The translations under genes and the position numbers were made by a program. Below the pieces are notes generated by a model, which worked only from the letters and a program-made list of their open reading frames with translations, did no database searches and was not told where the DNA came from. A stretch of DNA of 63,147 bases, filler included, from Octopus bimaculoides (Eukaryota): assembly GCF_001194135.2 (NCBI RefSeq). It is 10 parts of 9 records of this genome, joined end to end, with 100 filler letters (N's around TTAATTAATTAA, not from the genome) between each part and the next. Parts side by side here need not be neighbours in the genome. Positions count along the whole stretch, not along the records: positions 1 to 16,561 come from NC_068993.1; positions 16,662 to 23,590 come from NC_068988.1; positions 23,691 to 37,321 come from NC_068996.1; 7 more parts are not named here. One strand, 5' to 3'. This document shows, in pieces, positions 12,561-25,160 of this stretch (its first letter is position 1; every line of letters starts with the position of its first letter).

Positions 12561-13799
12561 CAAATTAGTAATAATAATGATAATTCTTTCTAATTTTGGC
12601 AGAAGGTCAACAATTTTAGGGTAGGAGTAGGTTGATCACATTAACTCCAGTGCTCAACTGGTATTTTATTTTATCTTTCTAGTTCCTATATTATTTAGCT
12701 TTCTAGTTCCTACATCTGGACTGCATCTGTCTCTCTCTCCAGTGATTTTTATCTGTTACCAAACTAACAGGTGCTTTTCATCTTTCTGTACAACAATAAC
12801 AATAGCCTCATTACTGAAATACCCCACCTTCCATTCCAGGAAGATCTCACAGGCTCTAAGAACTACCCTTTTTCTCTCAAATGACAAATAAAGAAAACAG
12901 CATTGAGATTACATTGGAATTATATCCAATGGTACTTAGAATGGTGAAACCAAGGAGGTACTGGAAGAGAGCTAAGGAATCATTAACTGAATATGCCAGG
13001 TGTGTAACACTGACTGCAAAAGTAAGATGCCATAGGTTTTTTTGTTTTCTTTTTGCATTTGAAGAGTTATACTAATGAGGAAAATCAGGGGACACTATAT
13101 TTGTAAGAGAATAAGATTGTATTGTAGTAGATGCTTAATAGAAAAACATATAGAAGAATTTGAATGAATTAAAACTATTGTATTTTTCAAGTTTATCCAT
13201 GAAAGAGATGGTTGAATAAGAATCAGATGACAAATTAAAAACACACCATTAATATTGACAGAAGAAAGATAAAAAAAATAATAAACCTTGAAACTAATCA
13301 AACTACGCATGTCAAAAGGTGAACTTAAAAAGATGAAGACAACATTTAGTTACAAAAAAAGGCTGAGTCATGCTAATAAACAATATTCCTACTAAAGACT
13401 CATCGATCACTAACCTATTTTAAAACTAAACATTTTTCAAAACAAGCTTTCCTCTGCAGAGAGATATTTTCAAAGTATGATTATTCGAATATTCACATAG
13501 GGAAAAGAAAAATGTTAAATGGATTCTATATTATTATCATTAGCACAGTGTGAATGAATGAACATTTCAAAATTGCAAGAGAAATTAGAGAAGAGTCTAA
13601 TTAAAGCAATCCTGTCAAAAGCAAGGAAACAATCTGCTGGAAAAATGAGGTCAAGGTTTCAGTCAATCAAATTTGTTCTAATTAGGGTAATAATTAACTG
13701 ATTATTTAAGCAAACAGTAGATTATATATTTATTAATTATAATCTATGCCTGAAAATATTTATGAAAAGAAAAAACAAACAAACAAGGCCCAACAATTA

Positions 13800-14090
13800 G
13801 GCAAGAATAAGCTACATAGGTTAAATAGTAGGTTATAATAGGCAAATAAATAGGGGCTACAATGACCTAATAAATAAGATATAATAAACAAATGAATAGG
13901 CTATGATAAACCAATGAGTAAGCTATATAACAGGGCTTATAAATAGGTCGCAACAGGTTCATGAATAGGCTATAAGAGGTTAATAAATAGGCTATAATAA
14001 TCCAATAAAATAAGATATAAGGCAAATGGATAGGCTATAATAAGTTAATGAATAGACAACAATAACTCAATGAATAGGCTATAATGATGA
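13800..14090. repeat. Degenerate minisatellite (ataggctataat.. units of about 21-22 bp)
   Basis: aataggctataat/aataagatataa motifs recur about a dozen times. Confidence 0.7.
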
Positions 14091-14506
14091 AAGAAGTTGA
14101 GGGTGATTGAAGAATACCGACTCCAGACACACAATAATAATTAATTTGTGTCTTGTATCTCTGGTCATATCATGGTAGTCAATGTTATCAATCAAATTAA
14201 TTAAACAAAAACTTGCCCCCACAATATGGATAATTTTTCCTTTCTTGCCCATCAATCATATTTATATTGGATTTATTTTCAGAAATATCTCATTTCTTTT
14301 GAATTACTTGTTGCCTAACCCTAACCCTTAACCTATCCTTCCAATTCTGAAGTTTACCATAATTAACAGACAGATTGGTATAAACCACACCCAGCGGATG
14401 TAACAGTTAATATATTAAGTTTGTGTACAGATCTATATTTAAGAAATGAGGAATTATGTACATTGTTTACATTTGACAGATATTTGTCCTCATCTTGTTT
14501 GTTGTT

Positions 14507-14552
14507 ACGACAACATTTTGGCTGATACACCCTCCAGCCTTCATCAGGTGTC
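14507..14552 (-). ncRNA. Degenerate mirror copy of the hammerhead motif
   Basis: Reverse complement GACAC CTGATGA A GGCTG..CAGCC AAAA TG TT; the GAAA and CG positions are mutated. Confidence 0.5.
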
Positions 14553-14837
14553 TTGGGGAAATTTCAATCCTGGGTTCTCATTCATAAGGTATTTTTCAAT
14601 ATTATTATTATATTATTCAGGTCACTGCCTGGAATCAAACTCGGAATCTTGGGGTTAGTAGCCCGTGCTCTTAACCACTACACCCACGGGCATATGGCGT
14701 AGTGGTTAAGAGTGCGGGCTACTAACCCCGATATTCCGAGTTCGATTCCAGGCAGTGACCTGAATAATAATAATAACAACAACAGCAACATTGAAAAATA
14801 CCTTAGGAATGAGAACCCAGGATTGAAATTTCTCCAA

Positions 14838-14883
14838 GACACCTGATGAAGGCTGAAGGGTATATCAGCTGAAACGTTGTGTT
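14838..14883 (+). ncRNA. Minimal type I hammerhead ribozyme motif (Penelope-type)
   Basis: GACAC-CTGATGA-A-GGCTG(loop)CAGCT-GAAA-CG-TT-GTGTT: stem I, core, stem II and a palindromic ACGT stem III. Confidence 0.7.
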
Positions 14884-16561
14884 AACAACAAACAAGATGA
14901 GGACAAATATCCGTCAAATGTAAATAATGTATAAGTTTGTGTATCAGTAACTTTCACATTAAAGACAATCAAGAACACTTATTAATGCCAGATGTCAAAT
15001 GGTGTAAATTATCACCATCCTTTTACATTTGCCGTCCACGCTGGCATGGATTAGATTGGTTATTATGGTTTGAATCATTTCTTATTAGGAAGTTACTTCT
15101 CCTACAGACTGGTTGTCATACATGACATTTGGCTTGGTTTCTACAGCCAGATGCCCTAATGTTTAAAAGTCCATTCAAATGCAACTAATGAAGAAAGAGA
15201 AAAACTGAAGTTAAATAGCAAATAAGGATTTTTTTTTAATAGTAGTAGTAGTAGTAGTTACAAGATCTTATGTCTATAAATGAAAAGAAATGAGAATGCT
15301 ATAACATCAAGGCCTTTCACAATGACATGAACGAACAGAAATGGACTCAACCAGAAGTCTTGATGGAACTGAGGACTCAACTCTTCCAAAGTTATCATCA
15401 TTGTTCACTGTCCCATGTCCCCAGCCCTCATTTGTTTTCCTATGACAAGACATGTTTTCCCAGAAGATCAGAAACAAAGGACATGATCTGCCTAATAGTG
15501 ACAATTTTCTACGGCTATCATGTGAAATCAAGACAAGGAAACACTAACATACACACACAATAGGATTCTTCCAGTTTCCACCTAACAAATCAACTCAGAA
15601 AAATTTGGTCAGTTCAGTGGTTATAGTAGAAGACACTTGTTCAAGGTGCCATGGTGCCATGCAATGGGGCTGATAATGAAAACTTATGGCTGGGTAGCAA
15701 ACTTCTTAACCATACACTGTGCTAACTAAAAGCATGAGTAAGCTGGAAAATTGCATAAGGATCTCATGTGTTTATGGACCCAGAGCTAATCTGTGTATGC
15801 TGTAACTTGCTATCAATCAATAAAAGTGACCTAGTGCACTGCTTTGCACAGGGGGTTATAATACTGGTGAGAGGGGCCTTCTGCTAAAGGTACTCAGAAT
15901 AGACTATATCAGGTTCAAATTTTGGCATAAAGCCAAAAATTTTAAGGGGAAAGGCAGTTAGCCAATTACACCAACCCCAGTGCTCAACTGGTTCTTCTTT
16001 GGTGGGATTTGAACTAAGAATGCAAAGAGCTGGAAAAAATGGAATATGATAAACACAGATTTATGATTAAGTGCAAGACATCAGATTTAGAGGAAGGAAA
16101 TGTAAGGTCATTTTCTTAAGGAAAGGGGTGTAAAGGAATAATTGAAATGGGATGACAGCTATTCAAAGTTGAAACCAGTTATCTGGGATTATACTTATTG
16201 CATCATCATCAATACGATATGGCATGAAATGGGAATGGAAAATAACATTGTCTCCAGGACAACTAACACTATAAAGTTATATTAATCAAAAATAAAATTA
16301 TGTGTAAAAAAAAAAAAAGAAAAACCATTTGGGTGTTGAGATTTGGTGGTGCTACATACCAGACATTGTGGGATTTAAATTGTTTCTGATTCATTAAAGA
16401 CATTGTTTTTTTTTTATATGCATTATGTTTTATTCATATTTTGTATTTTTGTAGTGTTTTGCTTTTGTTTTGTTTTGTTTTTATGTTTCTACATACCTCT
16501 GTTTTAGGACAGCAAAATATTTCCATTCCATCTATCAACTATTTCAAGATTTTCCTTTAAA

Positions 16562-16661
16562 NNNNNNNNNNNNNNNNNNNNNNNNNNNNNNNNNNNNNNN
16601 NNNNNTTAATTAATTAANNNNNNNNNNNNNNNNNNNNNNNNNNNNNNNNNNNNNNNNNNNN
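16562..16661. other. Artificial contig-join linker 44N-TTAATTAATTAA-44N
   Basis: Identical 100-nt construct; the 12-mer lies at 16606, 23635, 37366, 41130, 46815, 52639, 55270, 58807 and 60901. It encodes stops in all six frames. Confidence 0.97.
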
Positions 16662-16823
16662 GCCACCAATACCACCACCACCACCAATACCACCACCACC
16701 ACCACCACCACTGCCGCCGTCGACGACACTATTGCAGCACCCGTCAATGCGTTTTGCTACGGTCGCTTAACATAGCATCCGTATGCGCACGCAGACACAC
16801 ACATACAAGCGTGCGCACAAAGC

Positions 16824-16864
<41 letters not shown>

Positions 16865-18771
16865 GAGGCGCGCACAGTCTCACTCACATAGACTGACATG
16901 TAGTGATGGTTTGGTCATGATGCTTACTCTTCTGTTTCCCGTTGTAGCGTTTCGCTCAACACAGCCACCATCACGACGACCACCACCACCACCGCCACCA
17001 CCGGCATTACTGTTCACCATCACCAAGGAGCAGCCCCCGTTCATTCCCCACCGTTCATCGTCATCACGACGACAGCCACCAAACACACCACAATCACCAC
17101 CATTGCTAAGAACCCCCCCTATTGCCATTCAAAACCTATTCACCGTTACCGCCTATCACCACCTCCTCCATCGCCACCACCACCACCACCACTATACCAC
17201 CACTATCGTTTATGAAAGCTGTTCCCTGCAGTAAGACCCCCGCTAGCCAGTATCCCACACAACTCACGTTGTTTCTCTCACTAACAACCACACACACACA
17301 CACACACACAGAGCAGTAGCAGCACCACCACCACCACCACCTTGAAGTGTCGTTCGATAGCTATGGGCTCTGACTCACCTTTGGTGATATTAAAAATATT
17401 ACACACCAAAAAATCAACTGCGTGTATAATCACCGATCTACCCCTATCGCCGTCCCAAGTAGTCATCACCTTAAATGATACCCCTCTTCCATCCATCTTC
17501 CATGGGATGTGGTGGGGGCCCCTCGATGATGATCTCACTGTTGAAGCAACTTCTAATCTCTGATACACCTTAATATCACGTGCCAATGAGGGAATAGGAA
17601 TATCTGCATGTATATACCGGTCTGCTAGCAATAGCAGCTAAATCTCCCTTTAGCCACATTCTATATCCTACGACAGGGAAAGTCTACATTACATGATGTG
17701 AAGTTCTGCATACTTTAAAAAAAAATGGACTGCTCCCGGCTGCGATGCGTTTGATCGTCGGTCTACCCGATCAGGTTTGACCAGGGGCTAAATAGCAACA
17801 CCTTTATATTTTCTACCCGTTACAATTTCTTGCCACCCTGGATTGTAATTCCTTTGTCATTTTGTCCTTTGTGTAAAATATCCACATAGACTCTTCCTCT
17901 CTTTCTCTTCTACTCCCACCTTCGACAACTTAGCGGTTACCCCCCCCCCCACTCCTTCACTTACTATCTCCTCCCACAAACATATCCACTCACTACACAC
18001 GCACACGCACACACACACACACCGGCACACACGCGCGCAGAATAACTCAGACTCACTAGCTGTAGTACAGTCAAGTCCTCCTACTACCACTCCCATCATT
18101 CTTCTTCATGCCTATCAGCTGAGGGAGGAGGAAGANNNNNNNNNNNNNNNNNNNNNNNNNNNNNNNNNNNNNNNNNNNNNNNNNNNNNNNNNNNNNNNNN
18201 NNNNNNNNNNNNNNNNNNNNNNNNNNNNNNNNNNNNNNNNNNNNNNNNNNNNNNNNNNNNNNNNNNNNNNNNNNNNNNNNNNNNNNNNNNNNNNNNNNNN
18301 NNNNNNNNNNNNNNNNNNNNNNNNNNNNNNNNNNNNNNNNAAATATACCTGAAAATTAAATAACAATTATTTAATTCCGTGAAACTTTAATAATAAAATA
18401 GCTTCATCTTTTTTTTTTTTTTTTTTTGCCTCAACGCCGCCGACTATGCATTTTCCCCTCATGGGAGTAAGAGGAGAGAGTCAATAGCGAAATACATCAA
18501 ACTCAGGGAGGAAATGATGGAGGAGGGGTTGAAAATTACTGCTCAAGATGTTGCACGGTTTTCTATTGTTATTGTTGTTGCGATTATTTTTATCTTCTGG
18601 GTATCCCTGGTGGAGAACACCTTTGGTCTAAAACGCCTCAAGGATGACGTTTTGAGACACTGTTTATCTCAGATCACATTATACAATATATCCTTTCGTT
18701 GAGCGAATAATTTGAGGAGTAATTTGACTGCTATTTCTACCACTTGGGTCTTCTTTATCAGTTCATGTTGA

Positions 18772-19341
18772 CACTGGTTCTCAACCGGGGTGCATATGAC
18801 CTTTGGGGGGGGGGGTCCGTATAAGATTTCGTTGTTAAAATTTATGTCCAATAAATAGGTTATACTCCTACAATACACAAAACAATTTAACATACCAACC
18901 ACATGGTTCTGGGTTCAGTCCCACTGCGTGGCACCTTGGGCAAGTGTCTTCTACTATAGCCACGGGCCGACCAAAGCCTTGTGAGTGGATTTGGTAGACG
19001 NNNNNNNNNNTTGTGTGTCTGTGTTTGTCCCCCTAACATCGCTTGACAACCGATGCTGGTGTGTTTACGTCCCCGTAACTTAGCGGTTCGGCAAAGGAGA
19101 ACGATAGAATAAGTACTAGGCTTCCAACGAATAAGTCCTGGGGCCGATTTGCTCGACTATACAGACGGTGCTCCAGCATGGCCGCAGTCAAATGACTGAA
19201 ACAAATAAAAGAGTAAAAGAGAGAATGTTTAATTATAAAGATATAATAGAATTTTTAGAACCTCAAACGGTTAGGAGAGTCCATCAGGGTAAAATACGAC
19301 TCAAAGGGGTCCACAAGTAAAAAATGGTTGAGAAACCATAG
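18772..19341. mobile_element. hAT-like MITE interrupted by a SINE (about 18895-19210)
   Basis: Termini CACTGGTTCTCAACC ... GGTTGAGAAACCATAG resemble CAGTGGTTCTCAACC-type TIRs. No clean TSD. Confidence 0.55.
18895..19210 (+). mobile_element. CORE-like tRNA SINE with a 3' extension
   Basis: ccaaccacatggttctgggttcagtcccactgcgtggcaccttgggcaagtgtcttctactatagc. Confidence 0.8.
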
Positions 19342-19781
19342 AGTAGAAGGGTAGTCTCTAGATAGGGCAGACTTTTTGTTGTTGTTGTTGGTGGTGGTGT
19401 TCACCTCTAACCGGTCCTAATCGAGTAGGTTTAATTATCAAAACCATTACATGTATAATAAGAGTATGGGGGAGGGTGCATCGCTGCATCCACCATTTGC
19501 TGTTGATTTCCTACTCCTGGCCGATGACACCTTTGCACCTTTCAGCCGACAGCCCTCCAACCCATCGGTCTCTTGGTATAGTCGTTGTTGGTGAGCGTTT
19601 TCCGAGGTCGGAGTGTAAATATTACCTCCTTTTACGACACGCAGAAACTTCGGGGTCTGTTTTTTGACATGCCGGTCCCCAGATAGCACATGTATGACCA
19701 CACATTTATTATGTTTCAAGCACAATGCACCGTGGACTACATTCTCCAATGTTCCTTTATTTATTTATTTATTTTTCAAGA

Positions 19782-19910
19782 CAGGTGACTATTCAATCGT
19801 GCTGCATATCTGAATAATTTGAAATCGCAGGCGAAACGTTGTAACTTCTACTAGACAGATCGGGTCATTTTGTAAACTGTAATGTGTCTTTTCCGACGTG
19901 AAATCAGTTT
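19782..19910 (-). repeat. 129-bp inverted copy of 22032-22160
   Basis: Reverse-complement match with about 3 mismatches by eye. Confidence 0.9.
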
Positions 19911-20101
19911 AAAAAATGTGACTGTATTTTCAAGCATTTTGAGAAACAACGTAGTGTCTCCTTTTATGTGCAATAGCTAGATTACATTCAATTCTGCGCC
20001 AATCTTCCGATTACACATCAGCTTGCAACAAATTCAGTGAATTCTGTAATTTGGTTCATCTATATATATATAAAAATGAAAATGTTTGTGTGTGTGTGTG
20101 T

Positions 20102-20137
<36 letters not shown>

Positions 20138-20971
20138 NNNNNNNNNNNNNNNNNNNNNNNNNNNNNNNNNNNNNNNNNNNNNNNNNNNNNNNNNNNNNNN
20201 NNNNNNNNNNNNNNNNNNNNNNNNNNNNNNNNNNNNNNNNNNNNNNNNNNNNNNNNNNNNNNNNNNNNNNNNNNNNNNNNNNNNNNNNNNNNNNNNNNNN
20301 NNNNNNNNNNNNNNNNNNNNNNNNNNNNNNNNNNNNNNNNNNNNNNNNNNNNNNNNNNNNNNNNNNNNNNNNNNNNNNNNNNNNNNNNNNNNNNNNNNNN
20401 NNNNNNNNNNNNNNNNNNNNNNNNNNNNNNNNNNNNNNNNNNNNNNNNNNNNNNNNNNNNNNNNNNNNNNNNNNNNNNNNNNNNNNNNNNNNNNNNNNNN
20501 NNNNNNNNNNNNNNNNNNNNNNNNNNNNNNNNNNNNNNNNNNNNNNNNNNNNNNNNNNNNNNNNNNNNNNNNNNNNNNNNNNNNNNNNNNNNNNNNNNNN
20601 NNNNNNNNNNNNNNNNNNNNNNNNNNNNNNNNNNNNNNNNNNNNNNNNNNNNNNNNNNNNNNNNNNNNNNNNNNNNNNNNNNNNNNNNNNNNNNNNNNNN
20701 NNNNNNNNNNNNNNNNNNNNNNNNNNNNNNNNNNNNNNNNNNNNNNNNNNNNNNNNNNNNNNNNNNNNNNNNNNNNNNNNNNNNNNNNNNNNNNNNNNNN
20801 NNNNNNNNNNNNNNNNNNNNNNNNNNNNNNNNNNNNNNNNNNNNNNNNNNNNNNNNNNNNNNNNNNNNNNNNNNNNNNNNNNNNNNNNNNNNNNNNNNNN
20901 NNNNNNNNNNNNNNNNNNNNNNNNNNNNNNNNNNNNNNNNNNNNNNNNNNNNNNNNNNNNNNNNNNNNNNN

Positions 20972-21038
<67 letters not shown>

Positions 21039-21615
21039 GAGATGTATATGTATGCATATAGATGTTTATGTACACGTATATGTACACGTATATGTATAGA
21101 TATATATATAGATGTAGATCTATATGCATACATGTAGATGTATATATATAGATGTACATGTAATATTACACATATATACGCATATATACATGCATACAGA
21201 TATCTATACATATATACACCCATACACACACACATACACATGCACACAAACACACACATTAGTAATTTGTTTTCTTATCCAAAACTACGTCAAAAGTACT
21301 GAATGGATCTTTATGAAATTTACAAATTATATTCTATGCATAACGGCCATAACCACCATGAAAATTCATATATTTTTGATGTTGATGAAATTTTAACCAT
21401 ACATATTACACACAAATAAAGTAATATTTCTAAAATTTCTTCTTCTTAGAAGTTACAAAGACCCCTTCATGGGGACTTCACACCCACAATTTAGTCATTT
21501 TTCCTAAGCAAAGACGAATACAGTTGTATCATTGGAAGCTATAGGGTCACCCGAACATAACAGATGAGCATTATTTGTAATTCAACGGCACAACAGTGTA
21601 AGACTATCCTTTCAG

Positions 21616-22169
21616 ATATACTTACATTGTGATTTTTGCAATGTGGTGCATAAATTGTCAAGTAAATGAGACGCATCTTTGCCTCCACTGATTCACTTGC
21701 AAAGTGTTCAGTAAAATTGAATTAAGGAGGTGTGAAACGTGTGGTCGTGTACTTCTTTCTAAGACTAGGTATGACAACCATTTGAAGTTCCATATCTAAG
21801 AGAAACTCACCGGAAGGCGAGAGCACAGCAGGAGAGAGCTTCAGAGGAAGGATTCCCATCCGACAAATGTTTCAGCCCTTACACCTCACACTCTACGGGA
21901 GCCGGGCCCACCCACGTCATGACTCTTCGGTGTCCTGCTGCTTTCCAGACTCCTATTTCCAGGGCATCGTATGCAATGCCCTTCCTCATAGACAAGGTGA
22001 TTCAACATGTGTAATATGTGAAGAGCTTTGCAAACTGATTTCACGTCGGAAAAGACACATGACAGTTTACAAAATGACCCGATCTGTCTAGTAGAAGTTA
22101 CAACGTTTCGTCTGCGATTTCAAATCATTCAGATATGCAGCACGATTGAATAGTCACCTGAGAAGTCAT
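21616..22169 (+). pseudogene. Decayed C2H2 zinc-finger array
   Basis: After acceptor tcctttcag: CDFCNVVHKLSSK*, CETCGRVLLSKTRYDNHLKFH (intact C2H2 at 21731-21793), CVICEELCKLISRRKRHMTVY and [21 protein letters not shown], separated by stops and frameshifts. Confidence 0.7.
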
Positions 22170-22519
22170 GGTCAGAAAGTCGGAAATGTCATTAACAATG
22201 GGAGAGCTCAGAGACAGACGGCGATCATCTGTGGAGATAGAGCAGTTACCACGTATGTATGTATGTATGTATGTATGTATGTATGTATGTATGTATGTAT
22301 GTATGTATGTATGTATGTATGTATGTATGCATGCATTTGGCTTTCGATAACTTGAGATTCAGCAATCACAGAACTTTTCTTGGAAAAATAAACGTGATAC
22401 TCTATTTAAATGTATTGAGTAACCCTTCGAGTAATATTCGACTATTTTCATATGTAATTAAACATAGAAAGCCAACATTTATATTTATGCGCGCGCATAT
22501 ATATAAATATATAATAGGC

Positions 22520-22570
<51 letters not shown>

Positions 22571-22592
22571 CACACACATACACACACACACG

Positions 22593-22645
<53 letters not shown>

Positions 22646-23042
22646 NNNNNNNNNNNNNNNNNNNNNNNNNNNNNNNNNNNNNNNNNNNNNNNNNNNNNNN
22701 NNNNNNNNNNNNNNNNNNNNNNNNNNNNNNNNNNNNNNNNNNNNNNNNNNNNNNNNNNNNNNNNNNNNNNNNNNNNNNNNNNNNNNNNNNNNNNNNNNNN
22801 NNNNNNNNNNNNNNNNNNNNNNNNNNNNNNNNNNNNNNNNNNNNNNNNNNNNNNNNNNNNNNNNNNNNNNNNNNNNNNNNNNNNNNNNNNNNNNNNNNNN
22901 NNNNNNNNNNNNNNNNNNNNNNNNNNNNNNNNNNNNNNNNNNNNNNNNNNNNNNNNNNNNNNNNNNNNNNNNNNNNNNNNNNNNNNNNNNNNNNNNNNNN
23001 NNNNNNNNNNNNNNNNNNNNNNNNNNNNNNNNNNNNNNNNNN

Positions 23043-23093
<51 letters not shown>

Positions 23094-23690
23094 GTGTATG
23101 TGTGTGTGTGTGTGTGTGTGAATATGTGTATGTATGTATGTATGTATGTACGTATCTATCTATCTATCTATCTATAATTTTTTTTTTCAGGTGACAGCGC
23201 GCTAACTGGGACCGAGGATGAAAAGTTGATGACATGCGATCTCTGGAAAGGAAAGTTTTGAAGATCCAAGACCTCCTTCTTCGATCCACATCGATTTTAT
23301 TGCTGATGTAGATGCTCCAACTGCATTCATGTCAATTATTGCTTTTAAGTCTTTGATAAATTCAGACGCTAAATGAGGCTCTGAGGAGAGAGGAGAATAT
23401 GGCTATTTAAGCACGTCCTTTTTTCTATCAAAGAACAGTGACGTTTCTGTCGGAATTGCAATCAAGCGATAACATTAGCAATAGAAAAGAAGCGAATAGG
23501 AACATGGCCTCCTTGTTTATATCGGACGATGAGCTGCTACAATCAATATCTACCCATCCCTCTCTGTCTCTCTTCTCTCTCCCTTTCCCCNNNNNNNNNN
23601 NNNNNNNNNNNNNNNNNNNNNNNNNNNNNNNNNNTTAATTAATTAANNNNNNNNNNNNNNNNNNNNNNNNNNNNNNNNNNNNNNNNNNNN

Positions 23691-24480
23691 GCAAAATGTG
23701 TTTTGTGGACAAAAATACAATCTTCACATTTTCGCACAATTCTCTCAGTAGGAGGATACCCATTATCCAAAACCAACAAAGTTTTCAAACAACATTTCTT
23801 TCGCAATTGGGCAGAAACAAGTCTCAAACCGGTCTTCAAAAAGGAGTTCTGTCACCATGCTACTTTGACTGTACTCTTTGAATGCTTATTCATTTTATGT
23901 ATAGCTGATAACCATTGGCTTTTAGTTTAAAGTTGTCACCAGCATTTCCTGCCATTAAAATTGCAATTCTGTCTTTTGACGCTTTATAATCAGGATTGGT
24001 ATGGGTTTTTTCCTTTTTTTTTTTTTTTTTAATCTTCCTCAGCAAGGAAAGTTTGAGGGAATACACTTCCTTTAAATAAAACAGTCTCAGCAACATGCTT
24101 GCTGTAATGCCTTTAACAGAGATGGTGGATTTGCTTTAAATTCTTACACTGTATAAGTAGACATATTTCCGAAGCCTTAAAAACAACCCAGAGCTGCCTA
24201 TAAAAATTTGTTTTTTGTTACTTCGTTGCCTCTTTTCAAGATCAGTAGTGGATTCAAAGCTTTTGTTTTAATGCAAAAGCTGCTCAATGCCACTAATTAA
24301 TTTTCAGTCCATTTCTGTTATCTTGTTCCAATTTCGAGTTCACTGCATTGCTAAGATGAAACCATCTGTCATTTTTCTTACAATTTTCGACTTACTTTTT
24401 CAAATGGTGCATACGATTGCTTCGTCCAGTCTAAATGGGCACTGTTATGACTTTAATCTACTTCACTGAAATAACAACTT
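23691..24480 (-). mobile_element. pogo/Tigger-like transposase remnant
   Basis: YKASKDRIAILMAGNAGDNFKLK and QLRKKCCLKTLLVLDNG match Tigger-type DDE_1 motifs. Confidence 0.8.
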
Positions 24481-25091
24481 TACAATTAAGTTACTTCCCT
24501 GAAATAACAACTTTACATTTTTGCAGTCATTCTAACCTTCATTTTCCCTCTTCTCAATTACTATTCAGAAGAAAAAAAATGTTCTAAATCAAAAAAAGAA
24601 GTGATGTCACAGAGTAAAACGGAAAAAAAGGCTTCTACAACCAGCTAGCAGCGGTTGCTATGACAACAAAATAGGAGATTTAAATTTTTTCACATGGGAT
24701 CATGTTGTATGGAATTTATCTCCTGTTAAAACAGGTTACAATAAAGAAAGCATGTAAATCAGGAATTCTTATTAAGTCAGGGATTCGTGTATATGAATAC
24801 GTATGTATGTACATACACGTATTCATATAGACATGTGTAAATTATATATATATATAAAGATATATATATATATATATATATATATACATGTGTATAACCA
24901 TATATACATACACAAATATAGACATATGTATATACACACTTACATGTATACACATACGGATGCATATGAATATACATATACATCTGAATATACTCTACAT
25001 ATACATGTATGTACAAAATTATATACGGACGCATGGTTATAGATGTGTACATATACGCATTTGTAAGTATGCATATTATACAGACACATTC

Positions 25092-25160
<69 letters not shown>

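Larger units (their letters stand above)
14428..14931. mobile_element. Palindromic head-to-head dimer of a tRNA-headed, hammerhead-bearing non-autonomous element
   Basis: Arms 14459-14683 and 14697-14931 are reverse complements. A box TGGCGTAGTGG and B box GTTCGATTCC are present. 12-bp direct repeat taagtttgtgta at 14416-14427 and 14932-14943. Confidence 0.85.

Noticed and set aside
13800-14090. CRISPR-like or coded array
   Set aside because: Degenerate minisatellite with no unique spacers, in a eukaryotic context with no cas genes.
14314-14333. CCTAACCCTAACCCTTAACC telomere-like tract
   Set aside because: Only about 3 units; common in repeats and by chance.
16880-17234. Pro/His/Gly-rich ORFs on both strands
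   Set aside because: Driven by CAC/CCA repeats next to a contig end; no recognisable domain.
17281-17631. 116-aa minus ORF as the IP6K first exon
   Set aside because: Lacks HQVGGH/CKPL motifs, starts at TTG and has a weak acceptor. Kept only as a possible UTR or alternative exon.
20037-21259. Long ORFs of 270-400 aa in the ORF track (also 44437-45573, 48291-49200, 61260-61917)
   Set aside because: They are open only because they run through N gaps and dinucleotide repeats.
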